Source: Moniliella sp. 'wahieum' (Eukaryota). Taken from it: a DNA stretch of 64,000 bases. The translations under genes and the position numbers were made by a program. Positions 47,832 to 58,775 of this stretch are shown here, in pieces. How positions within the stretch are numbered: position 1 is the stretch's first letter; every line of letters starts with the position of its first letter. The notes below the pieces were generated by a model. The model was not told where the DNA came from. It saw only the letters and a list, made by a program, of their open reading frames with translations, and searched no databases. The stretch spans positions 248,001 through 312,000 of the forward strand of contig RSEE01000062.1 in NCBI GenBank assembly GCA_003971905.1, in the 5' to 3' direction.

Positions 47832-49690
47832 CTACGATTCGACAAAGGGAAATGGGGACTCCGATGGCATAGGAAAGTACATACAGTACAGCAGGCTCAG
47901 AGCATAAACGTGTACACACAACACCACTTTGGCAGTGTACCCGTAGCTCATTGTGCGCCCGCTCGTACTCGTTTCCACATGTTCATGTCTCCTCCACCTC
48001 GGAGGCCGAAAGGATTCGGCCCCCGAAACGTCGCTCTCAGTCCACGAGCCAGCATTCCGACCTCGGTTCCGTCCCAACGCACCTGGCAACGGCGCATGTA
48101 CGCGTACCATGGGCACTTCTGCTTCTGCCTCAGCATCTTGCTCTGAGTCTTGCTCTTGCTCTTGCTCTACCTCAGCATCCTCCCACCACTCTTCCTCCGA
48201 CACCGACAAGACCGAAGCAGCGGACGTGATGCTGGTGCCTGGGCTGCGGGAGCGAGAGGAGGCATGGGCAAGGGAGGCAGTGGTGAAGTGATCGGAGGAG
48301 CGGCGGAGGTGGTGCTTGGAGCACGACGACGACGAGCTCCGCCCCGTCGTGTAGGGGAGAAAGAATGGTGGGATCTGTGGTGCAGGTGGAGAGGAGTTCG
48401 TGTCGTTTGCACGGCAAGCGACGGTAGGGATGGGTGAGGAACGTGTACCGAACTTTATCTGGGTTGGAGGGGGATGGGGAGAAGTGGAAGTGGAAGTGGA
48501 TGGGTGGGCCTCCTCAGTTCCAGGCCGATCCCGATGGGTGGAAGGAACGGTAGCAGTAGGGAGGACGGGCAACTCGACAGAAAAAGAGCCACAGTCGTAC
48601 ACCCCGCCACGGCATGGACCAGCAGACGTCCAAATCGGTCAGGCACATGCCAGACCAAATACGAAGGGGTCTGGGCCAATTGGGTGTACCTCGAAGCCTC
48701 GTCTCGCTCTACACATAGTCCACCCAGGTCCCTCGACAGTTCCCCTGCCTGGGATGCAGGTGGGGCCGGGTGAATTGTCGCATCAGGGTCGTCGTCCGAA
48801 CTGGGAAGGGGCAGTTCGGCTGGTCGAGCGCGTCCGCGTGCATCGAGCAAATCGGCCCAGCGAGATATGCCCAAGGCCATTTGGATCACACCCATTTGGA
48901 GCGGACCATAGTCGTTCGCCTCCACCTTGGGCATCGCATGCAACTCCCTTCCTCCTCCTGACCCACGAGCGCGGTGGGTGTTGGGTGGGGTTGCCGTCCT
49001 GGTTGGGGCGGGGTCCAGGCACGTGCGGCTTGCGGATAGCGGCGCCAGATTTCCCTTGTTGGTGGCAAGTCGGACAATTGCAGTCCAATACTATGCAGGA
49101 CGGAGGTGGCCTTGCTCATAGCCATCGCCATGGGATGCTGGGGCCTGTCTCGCTTCCCCGCCGCCCGAGGCGTCGAGGGTAACCCTGACCCGGGATGATC
49201 GTGCAACAAGCGCATCACCGCCGGCGGCAGCGGGAGAGGGAACGTGGATTTCCATGAATTCATCCCTGCCAACCCAGCGCCACGCCGGTCCTCCTCCTCC
49301 TCCTCCCCTCGTCCATCCTCCAGCAACGCACCCAGCCCATGGCCCAGCAAGGCCACATTCAGGCCGCGCCGCTCTTTGCGCCGGCCCACATGATTCTTGC
49401 GCCGCTGCAACTCGAGTTCGCGCACGGTGACGCTCGTCGGCCAGGCGCGAGGCTGCCGAGGCCTGCAACGCGCTGGTGGGCGCACCATATGTGCGAGCCG
49501 GGGCCGGCGCAGGAGCAGCGCCCGGTTGCGAGGGAGGAGGCACCAGCGGCCGGGCATCGTGCTCGCCAAGAGAGTCAAAGTGCTCGTCGAGGCTGAGCGA
49601 ACCCACACCCAGACCCACGCCATCCGCATCGGCCGAGTCCCAGAGTTGGCGCGCACGGGAGCGGGCGGGGAGACTGGCCATGCTCGGCAC
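47832..49690 (-). CDS. R3H-domain RNA-binding protein with R3H-associated N-terminal region (R3HDM4-like)
   Basis: GRRKERRGLNVALL (R3H-assoc-like) and LVWHVPDRFGRLLVHAVARVYDCGSFS (R-x3-H core across a frameshift); Ser/acidic tail. Confidence 0.7.
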
Positions 49691-50391
49691 CAGGATCGGT
49701 TTGGTCGGTGGTGGCCAACAGCAATGGCGGCGATGAAAAGGAAAGGATCCAAGTGGAACTGAACTGTTCAGGTGAGGGATGCAAACCCTCCTCGAGTCAC
49801 CCTAGTCACTGGTCACCCTTGGTGACCCGGTGACAGAGCTTAAAGGCTGGGACAGGGAAACGCGACGCCTCATAAACCAACCCGTCCATCTTGCGTGTGT
49901 TACTTGGTAGCGCCACCCCTGTTGAATCGCCAGGATATCAGGACACTCTGATGCTCGCCATCCGGCCCCGTACCCGAGGTAGCGCGTGTGGACACGGATG
50001 AACGTGGTAGACATTGAGCGAGGAACCATTTCCATTGAGATTCAGTAGTCAAATCCTGCCAGTGCGCTGTGCCCTCCGTCCGCCCCCTCCCATCCTCTTC
50101 CTCCACAGTAGGTTCGTTGTGGATGTGGGTGTCGGGGATGGAGCACACGAGCTGGAGAATGGGCTTCCCCCACTGCCTCATGCAACGCACCAAAATGGAC
50201 CGGGGTGCGGGTGCAAGGCATGATGTGCTCCGGCGAGGACATGACACCGCACTTTTTGCACATGCGGCACGGAGTTGGTCTGCGCTCTGGGGCGCGCATC
50301 TATCCGAGACGTCCCACCCTATGGTGCCTCCCTCAGAGAGACACCTGTACGCTTGTGCTCACGCGTGGTTAGTCAGTGTATTGCCGAGCTG

Positions 50392-50456
50392 GCCTGCCCT
50401 CTGGTGCTGGCATGTATAGCCTGCCCTGGTGGCATGTAGCCTGCCCTCTGGTGCTT
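50392..50456. repeat. Degenerate tandem repeat GCCTGCCCT(CT)GGTG...GCATGTA x~3
   Basis: Read directly. Confidence 0.75.
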
Positions 50457-52272
50457 CCCTCAGAGCGGCAAGTCGACCTTCCGTCCATTAAGGGATTGTA
50501 CCCCAACTACCTGGGTGAACCTCCTAGCGGGCCCCACCCGTGACATCCAGCGTGGAACGGTGTGGATCGGTGGCTACGGTGGCACCGGCGACCCAGCTCA
50601 ACAGGCTGCGGCGAAGCCTCAGCAGACCGGGCCGTGAGCCCGGTGGTCTCCTAGTGAGGCGCATAGCGGTCGCCCCAGATCGGTTAGTTGGACGAGACGC
50701 AAAGAAAATTAGTGGTGTGATGCATGGAGCACAAATGTCTGGCCCATCGTTGGTCAACTGTGGCCAAGTATAGCGAAGACGCGGCAAACACATCCAAGGA
50801 GGCGGAACACCGGCGGAACACGGGGCCATCGCCTCGCACAAAGATACGATGCGAGGTTGTCTGCCCCTCTGACCGGCCACCATCGAGGTTGCATGAGCAG
50901 GTCCAGCGACATTGCCCTGCTTGAACTTCGAAAAGACCGATCGCACGGATGTCCTTGTGATCGTCAAGAACAGGTTTGATCTCACTGGCGTACTTGTTGA
51001 CACTTACCCCAGGGATAGCAGGGGATAGCCGGAATGACCATGACACCCTGGATGCCAGAATTAACAAGGTTTCCTATATCAACAGCGACATCAAGGCCAT
51101 GATGGATATTGATGAAATGTACACGGGGTCCGTGGTGTTGACCACACAGTCCCCCCAGACAAAAACCTTTGACTAGACGGAAGAGCAGCCGAAGCGGACG
51201 TTCTTGTTCAGAAGGATGGTAAAGGGGATCCCTCACTTCTCAGCCACTTACGCTAACTATGGGCCAGCGTCCGAGACGTGATATCTGCGATTTCAGCCCG
51301 TGGCGATCACTATGACCGCCTGCAGCTCGATGAGAAAACGGAGTTTTTGCTGTTCCCTATGAAATCAGGATGCACTTGTTGAGTATTGGAATGGATATTG
51401 TCTCATTTATATCCCCCGAGTGTGCTCTTCCATCAGTGCGAATCCCCGGGATCGATAGTGATTGACACAGCACACCATCGCCGAAAGGAAACAGCCCTTT
51501 TCTCATCGGTGTGTGTATCGATATCGTATGAAATACATTTTACCACAGGAACGTTTTGTCGGAACAGTTTCCATGAAGCGCTTATAATGTCCTGCCCCAT
51601 GAGACTGCCCCGGGACAGATAGCATCGGGTGTAGGTGAAATGTATGTGGAGATATTAGCCTGTTGTTACGTTCGACGTGCGCATGAGATGGAGCGAGCAG
51701 ACTGTTTAATCTCGATTTCGATTCCCTTCTTTCACCCTTCTATGTTTTGCCTATAGCCCCCTTTTTCCCAACGCCCGGGTGCGTTGAGAGAGGGGTTGTA
51801 TATATCATGTCGGGGAAATGAGAGGCAGATGAAAAGCGAACCCGCCGTTTGATGCGTTGGGACTTAGAGTGAACCGGATGGTGCTTCAAGCTTCACGGAT
51901 GTCCGTCGCTGCTGTTGTCTTCCCTCTTCCCTCTCACTGTTGGTTAGTTCCATACTATTGCCACCACGATCCTATTCAGCTTCTTATTGCTCTCGACCCC
52001 TTCGTCTCTGCCACTGATGGCCTTTCTCTGTCACGAACCGGAGTAGCTCTTCTCGTCATGTCGACTGCAAGGCCCTGATATCAATTGAAGCCAAAACCAT
52101 TTGCATCTGTTATGGAAAGGAGGGCGTGATGGTGAAACAGAAACGTGCAGTTGGTATTGTATAATACAGAATAGGGCGTAAGGGGCGCATATAGGGCGTA
52201 AGGGGCGCGATGAAAATGTGCACACGCAATGTAAGAGAGGAAATGAAAGACAGAGCGCAGGCGGGCCAGTGT

Positions 52273-53921
52273 TTACTTTTTGGGCTTGTCGCAAGCGAAA
52301 GGCCGGCCAGCCTCGTGGTTACGGTACACTTGCACGATGGACTCGGCCTCTCCGTACACACCCGCGCCGATAAGGAAGACACCACCGGCCATGATCAGTA
52401 AGGCGACGGTGAGAGTGACCATCTTCCGAGGCGAAGAGAATCCATTCTTCCAAGAAGAACGGATCCAGGCTACCCGTCCGTGGCGCTCGTCTTCCTTCGA
52501 GGAGAGGAGATAGAAGGCCGTCACGCCAGTAATGACAATACTGAACAGCGAGCCGACGGTCGCTCCGATCAATCCGAGGAGGTCATCAAAGATAGGAATC
52601 GCACAGGCGAGGACCCAGGCAAGGACAAGACAGCCAGTGTAGGAACCGATCCAGGCAGTCCAGTGGACAACTCCCGTGTTGGTCAGGTGGGGGGTACCGC
52701 GAAGCGCACGGACAAAGATCCACTTGGCACCAATGTGGGTGTAGATGATCACGGAAACAATCAAGCCAGGAAGAGCCATCGAGTAGCAGAGCTTACGGAA
52801 CACGAGCCCAGCCGATCCCAGCGCAGGGCTGGCAATGTACTGTCCGAGCTTAGCGTAAACGGCGCAGCCGACAAGACGTAGCAGATAATCACGAACCCCT
52901 GCCCAGCGATAACAGCCTTGGGGAAATCCCGCGGGTTTTTCATCTCAGCACCAATAGAGTAGAAGGTGACGTTGGCCAAGAGAGAAAAGACTTGGTTTGA
53001 CACTGCCGAAACAGCCACGTAGAATGGAACGTGGTTGACAACGTAGACTTCCTTGTGCACTGGGCCAGGGGGAGCGCTCGCGGGGCGATCACGCACCAAT
53101 ACGGCAATGGTGAGTACCATGATGGAGGTGAACACGCACGTCATGCCAGCCCAACCAGCATATGCGATTTTGTTCATCTCCCGGGCCCATGCACCGAGGA
53201 CCAACGCAGCGGCAGCAACGACACCCGAGTATCCCAGAGAGCAGATACCATGGCCGGCGGAGATGTTCTGCAGGGCGATAGATGCAGTAAGGATTCCAGA
53301 TCCAGCCGTGAGAACGACAAGGATCCAATATGCCACACCAAACAGGTCACGGCACACCTTGCCGCCCAGGATCTGGCCCAAGTCCGAGACAGTGTGGATA
53401 TGGGGATGGCGCTCACGCAGGCGGCCAATAAGAATGCCTCCGTATGTGGTGATGAATGAGAGAATTGCGAGGGAGATGAGGCCGGGAACGAAACCCAGCG
53501 AGGAGAAGGTCGAGGGGATTGACAGAACACCATACCAAACTGGAACTTGGCAATCAAGACAGCAGCTGAAGGCCTGGAAAATCGGAAAAGCAGTGCGCTG
53601 GGTTAGCCTCAGGCCTATGGGGGCTCAACCGCCCCCAATTTCACGGATGAAGTTTTGCACTGTGACAAGAGGGGGCGGGGGGCACACTTACCAGGACATG
53701 GTACGGAAGTTCACATTTCCGCCTTCGAACACGTCCTTCTCTTCCTCGTCAGAGGCCTCTTTGACGTCTTCCAAGGGCAAGGCATAGCTTGTGACCTCGA
53801 GGTCGCCCTTGGTGCTGGGGTCGTGATGCGTGGAAGGAGCTTGCCCCTTCTTCTCCGATTGGGAGTAGTCATCGCCCGAGGCGCTCGGTGGTGACGCAGA
53901 GATGACCGACTCCGAATGCAT
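52273..53921 (-). CDS. AAAP-family (Mtr-like) neutral amino acid permease; intron 53574-53691
   Basis: NVNFRTMS|WPSAAVLIAKFQFGMGVLSIPSTFSSLGFVPG, HPHIHTVSDLG, AEMKNPRDFPKA, YIASPALGSAG..FRKLCYSMALPGL, IPIFDDLLGLIG; many hydrophobic segments. Confidence 0.92.
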
Positions 53922-56528
53922 GGTGTAGAAGATGGAATGCGCTAGGAGGGGAGGGCGGAGTGGTGGTGGTGGTGGTGCTGAACGGAATGAACGAGCGGGA
54001 AGGCCTTAGGTTTTATGCAGAATCCGGACTTGATGGCTGGCTAGATTGCAAGACACGTCACGCGTCACAGAACTGCAAGAATTCTGTGGGTGTTCTGGGC
54101 GGGCCAAGGCGGCTCTACTACCACGCGAGCACGATGCATGATGCATGATGCATGACTCGTCACGCGTCACATATCACATGTCACAGAGTAGGGGCGAGTG
54201 ACGCGTGACGAGGGACTGGCCCTGCGCCTCCAGCCACTGGGGCGGGCATGCAGTATGCCGCACGGCACAAACCCAGTGCCTCGCCCGCGTCCAGGTCCTA
54301 TATCGCGCAGCTGCTCCTGTGGGGGCAAGGCAGGCAAGGCACTGGCAGGCACTGGCAAGGCACAGGCAAGGCCCAAGCGCGGCACAAGAGTTTGGGGCAT
54401 CCTCCCCAATCATCGATCATCCATAGCTAGTGAAGTGAAGCGGGGTTCTCAATGCGTGATGCATAGCCAGCAACGCCAAGCCGCACGCAGCCTATCAGCC
54501 ATCCGACTGCTCGCACTCAGCGCTCAGCCATCATAATCTTCGGTCTTCGGCATCGATCATCTGCACGGCACGGGGCAACAGTCACCCATCACCCGCCCAA
54601 AGTCTCAGCGAGAGGGGCTCAGTAGCCCGGTGATTAAGATTAACAACGATACACAGGACCACATCCGCCATCCAAATCGATGCGGGAAACGGGGGAGAGG
54701 CCGGTACAGCTGGTTGATGCAACAATTCCGATAAGCCTTCCAAGGGCTTCAAGCACCTCAAGCGGCATATAATGTCCGCACGATAATCGCCAGCCCAAAC
54801 CGTGAAGATTAGATAGATGTGCTTTGAGATGTGCCTTGTAATTTGATGCAAAGCCAGAGGCCCGATGCACCTGATGCTTGAGGCTTGATACATGATAAGA
54901 GGTTAGTGTGTTTACTGGCTGTGCCAGCGACTAACCGATTGTACGGGCAAACCCGGGGACAGCCAGCACACCAGAAACGGTGAACGACGAAGCCGTTGAC
55001 AGGGGCTCAACAACCGCTCATGCATCAAAGCTTCCTCTCTCTGTATAGCAAGCGACCGGACAGAGCTCTTCTGAGGTCATCTACATGTTTTCGATTCTTT
55101 ACCCACAAGAGGCAGCGATCAGCACAAAAGCAGGCACAAGCTCTTGGCGCTGATGCGCTGACGCTTTAGGCTTTGGCCTGCCTTGTAACTCCGATTGCTA
55201 CACGTATTATTCATAGGTCGATCGGTTGGGGAAAACAACGCCTTCAATATGCGGGGGCGAGCTCAAAACGCATAACGCACGTATGCCTCCCATGGATGTG
55301 CTCTCCTGGTGTTTCCGACCGCAACAGCCACCCCACTCTCAGACACGGTTAGTGACGGCATCTTCTCATACGTTGGCGTCTTCAAGATTGTGCTTGTGCA
55401 TGCGCCTCTCCTGTAACACTCCCGCGGCCGCACTCCACGAGTGATCGATGATATCCCTGTTACCGGTTACCCCAAACACGTCGCTATTGCCGACAATGGT
55501 GGAACACAGGTACCACATCAGCACAGAGATAATGAGGATGCAGTAGTCACATGTCACAAGATGCCTGCCTCCCCGGGTTCGATAGATTGGATCGACCTAC
55601 CTATTAGGGAAGAGGATGCTCTGCTGTGCGACTCTTTTGATGTTATCCCCTCATCACCGCTATACCCTGTGTTGTCTTCGAGTCCATCGGTCTCTTCGGC
55701 CCATTCCATTTATCGACCTCATCGCATCAACGTTCAACGTTCAACGTTCAACCATCGTCGCAAGTTATACAGATGTGCCTAGCGGGCTATTCAGGCACTT
55801 ACTAACAGGGGCGCCACGCGGGTTTATTCGGGTCATTTCGTCGTAAGAATTAGCTCTAGCGGACAAATGGCCCTCCAGCGGAGTATTTTGACTCATTATT
55901 AATCCTTGCTGCATCTCAGTCGGCAGAATAAAGCCACTATTAAGCCGAGGGCGGGTGTTCCTGGGTTGCGGCATACTTCAAACTTGGAGCTTAACCCGCC
56001 TCTTTTCAAAATGAGCCGCTGCACTAGGTGACGTGTGACGCGCTCAGCGCTCAGTGCTCAGGGCTGAGCCGCTGGGCTGCATGATCTATCTGATCGATGA
56101 TCGATGTCCATCGATCATAGGTCACCGGTCACATGCATCCATCGCTGACCGGGGGCAGGAAGGATTCGTATGTGTTGCGCACGGGGACACACTGCGGACT
56201 TATGAATGCCAGGGCCCTGGCTGGGGGCCAATCCTGCGAATGCACTAATGCCCTAAGGCCTAATGGTCCTTCTCCATCATATGCTTGCGCTAGGCGGTCC
56301 CGTTCCGCCTCTGTTCCGCTCCTTCCTGTTGCGCCTCTGAGCTGCCTTCCGCCTGATTGCATCCGCCACCACTCATCCCTGTTGCTCGCCTGCCACTGCC
56401 ACACCTCTGCTGTGTCTTCTCCATCATATGCTGCCGCTGCCTTCATCCCAGAGCGAACAACCTGAGCGAAAAACCAGTCACTAGTCAGCTACGTTCAGAC
56501 GTTCAGGCTTCAGGGGCACATCTTTTGA

Positions 56529-58519
56529 TCATGTTGTAACTACAAAGATACGGTGAAATATGAGTGGTGTCCGGGGGATGAGAGAATGTTGGCAATCGAC
56601 AGAGAGACGGACGCATAGGTCATGAAGCAACGTTTTCTCTTGGTTAAGCTTGAGGAGCATGGGCCCCCTCCATCTTTCCCTTCCGCCGGGGTGGGGCGGC
56701 GAAGACTTTTTACTTCCTCGCCGAGGGGTAGCGCCCTTTTTGGAAGTCGCAGTCCGCGCAGGCTTGGCCTCAGACGCTGGGAGGTTCAGGGAAGACAGAT
56801 TCCGGGAGACCGTCCAGGGTATAGTGAACGACCTTAGCCGCTCGCTTTTCCATTTCTTCTCCTCTTCAAACCGCTGGCGTAGCTCCGGGGTGACAATGTG
56901 AACCTGGCACCAGGATGCATCCACCATGGCCCAGGGCCCACCTGGGCGAGGTCCATTGCGATTCTCCACATATGCGTTGGGACCACTGGTCGTACCGGAT
57001 TCGAGATCTTCCTTCGGAGGAAGCAACCCTTGATATTTGACTTTCTGAAGCGGTTTGGGCTCCTTTGACTTTAGGGCCTCCTTTTTGTGACCAGTCGTCA
57101 TCTCCACGGCATCGCGATGGGCAGAGCGTCTAACAGAATCAACGAGCTGTTTGGTTTGTGGATCGTAGCCCTGAGTCAGGACGTCTCCTAGGACTGAATG
57201 ATCACCGCTTAGAGGCATGTTGCGATGCTTCGTCAACGCTGCCTCCAGACGCTGAAGCATGAGCTTGCGGGCGCGAGGACCCGAGGCCTGGTCCAAGCCC
57301 TTCCGGACAAGCCGTCGCCTCTCTTGATTCTGGGCTTCTTCACTCGTCGGGGTCCACTTGGATCTCAAGATTTTGCGAACAGCCATCTGCGACACGTGAA
57401 ACGCTTGTGACAAATGCTCCACATCAAACATTTCGGGATCAGCTTTGTTAAGCATACGCATCCCATCTTGCGTTGGCCGACTGAGCATTCTCGTTGGACG
57501 CCAAGCTTTGCCTGCTACCTCTTTGGCATCCTTCTCTCCGTCGTACATCTTGCCATCGCCCTTGAAATAGTGTCCCACTGGATTTTTAAACATGTTGTCC
57601 AGAGCATTGATCATGTCTCCTCGGTCCGTAGAGACGGGCGTGAGAGATTGGTTAAACTCCTCCGAGAAAGCCTGGGCGGTTTGAGGGGTGTAGTATGGCA
57701 AGCTGTGCGCAAACGCGTGTGAGTGAGTATCTAGAAGGTCAAGAACAAAGATGCAGAATTGAAATACGCACATATGGCCAACCTGTTGAGCCAAGGTGTG
57801 AAGGTCATTGTTGTCGGAGGAGGAACGAGTTTCGACAATGACCACCCAGTCTGTCTTTGTGGGCTTGCCAGACGAGAGAGAGGGCGTATGAATAAAGCGA
57901 ATGGAAGGGCGGGCGGCAGAGGAGGAAGCGGGAGAAGACGCCAAAGATGAGCCATTTGGAGGTGGGAGGGACAGGGGCGCACGAGATGAGAGGCCGGGCC
58001 AGAAAGTAGGATGTCGTACAAGTCCACCAGCTGGCTTGGGAGTACGTATTGCAACGCTTCGGTACCGGGTATGTCCATACCGCTCAAGATGGAAGGGCGG
58101 GGTACCTTATCGTACACGCTGCCATCGCGAAACTCAGAAGCAGCAACGGGCAGGATATCTTCGTTGGGAACGGGGGTGCCCTCCATGGCATCCTGGGTAA
58201 ACCAAGGCAGCTCGTCGGATACAGCCATCGCATCGGAGTGGTGTCGAAACCAGGCAGAGACTGCTCGGCGCTAGGTTCCACCACCAGCTCCTGGCCGGTG
58301 GGAGAAGATTCGATGAACCAGGGCAGCTCGTCGAGCGTCTGAGGGACAGGAGAGGACGAAGCATACTGAGTGCCGACCGAGCGGGGCGCACGCGAAGACC
58401 CAGGCGCAGCCGCGTGGGCAGAGACATGGATTGTGCGTGCCGCGGCCAGCATCCTCGATCCAGGGCTGAGGCGAGGGTGCAGCGCGCCAGCGGCGGGACA
58501 GCGAGCAAGACGCGGCCAT
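56529..58519 (-). CDS. Mitochondrial fusion protein: RsfS/Iojap (MALSU1/Atp25-N-like) domain interrupted by an Rrg9/neugrin domain; probable in-frame 69-nt intron 57703-57771; stop uncertain (56529-56650)
   Basis: Presequence-like MAASCSLSRRWRAAP; DELPWF x2; TDWVVIVETRSS...LHTLAQQV; WRPTRMLSRPTQDGMRMLNKADPEMFDVEHLSQAFHVSQMAVRKILRSKWTP; KYQGLL...WAMVDASWCQVHIVTPELRQRFEEEKKW. Confidence 0.8.
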
Positions 58520-58775
58520 GGTCAGGGCTGGGCGGGGTGGCGGCTGGGTAGGTAAAAGGTGGGCAGGCAGTGGGTAGGCAGGTGGATCTGGCGCTGTCTC
58601 TGCCGTCTTCCAAATTGGAACCGCCACAGCAAAAAAAAGGCAGCACCCACTTTCCTAGACGCCCAATCAGAGCGCCCCATTCCGCTCGATCAATTCCGCT
58701 CCTCCCTCATTCCGCCGGGGTGTGCGCAACCTTCTCGACCCACCGGCTGGTCTTCCTGTTCGCACGCCGCCCACC
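58520..58775. promoter_or_regulatory. Probable bidirectional promoter (256 bp) shared by the RsfS/Rrg9 fusion gene and RML2
   Basis: Divergent ATGs at 58519 (-) and 58776 (+); contains CCAAT at 58663 and an A8 tract. Confidence 0.6.

Noticed and set aside
54000..56500. ncRNA or hidden gene in the 2.5-kb lower-GC intergenic stretch
   Set aside because: No snRNA, snoRNA, tRNA or rRNA motifs or coherent ORF found by eye; likely the long permease promoter. An Infernal/Rfam search would settle it.
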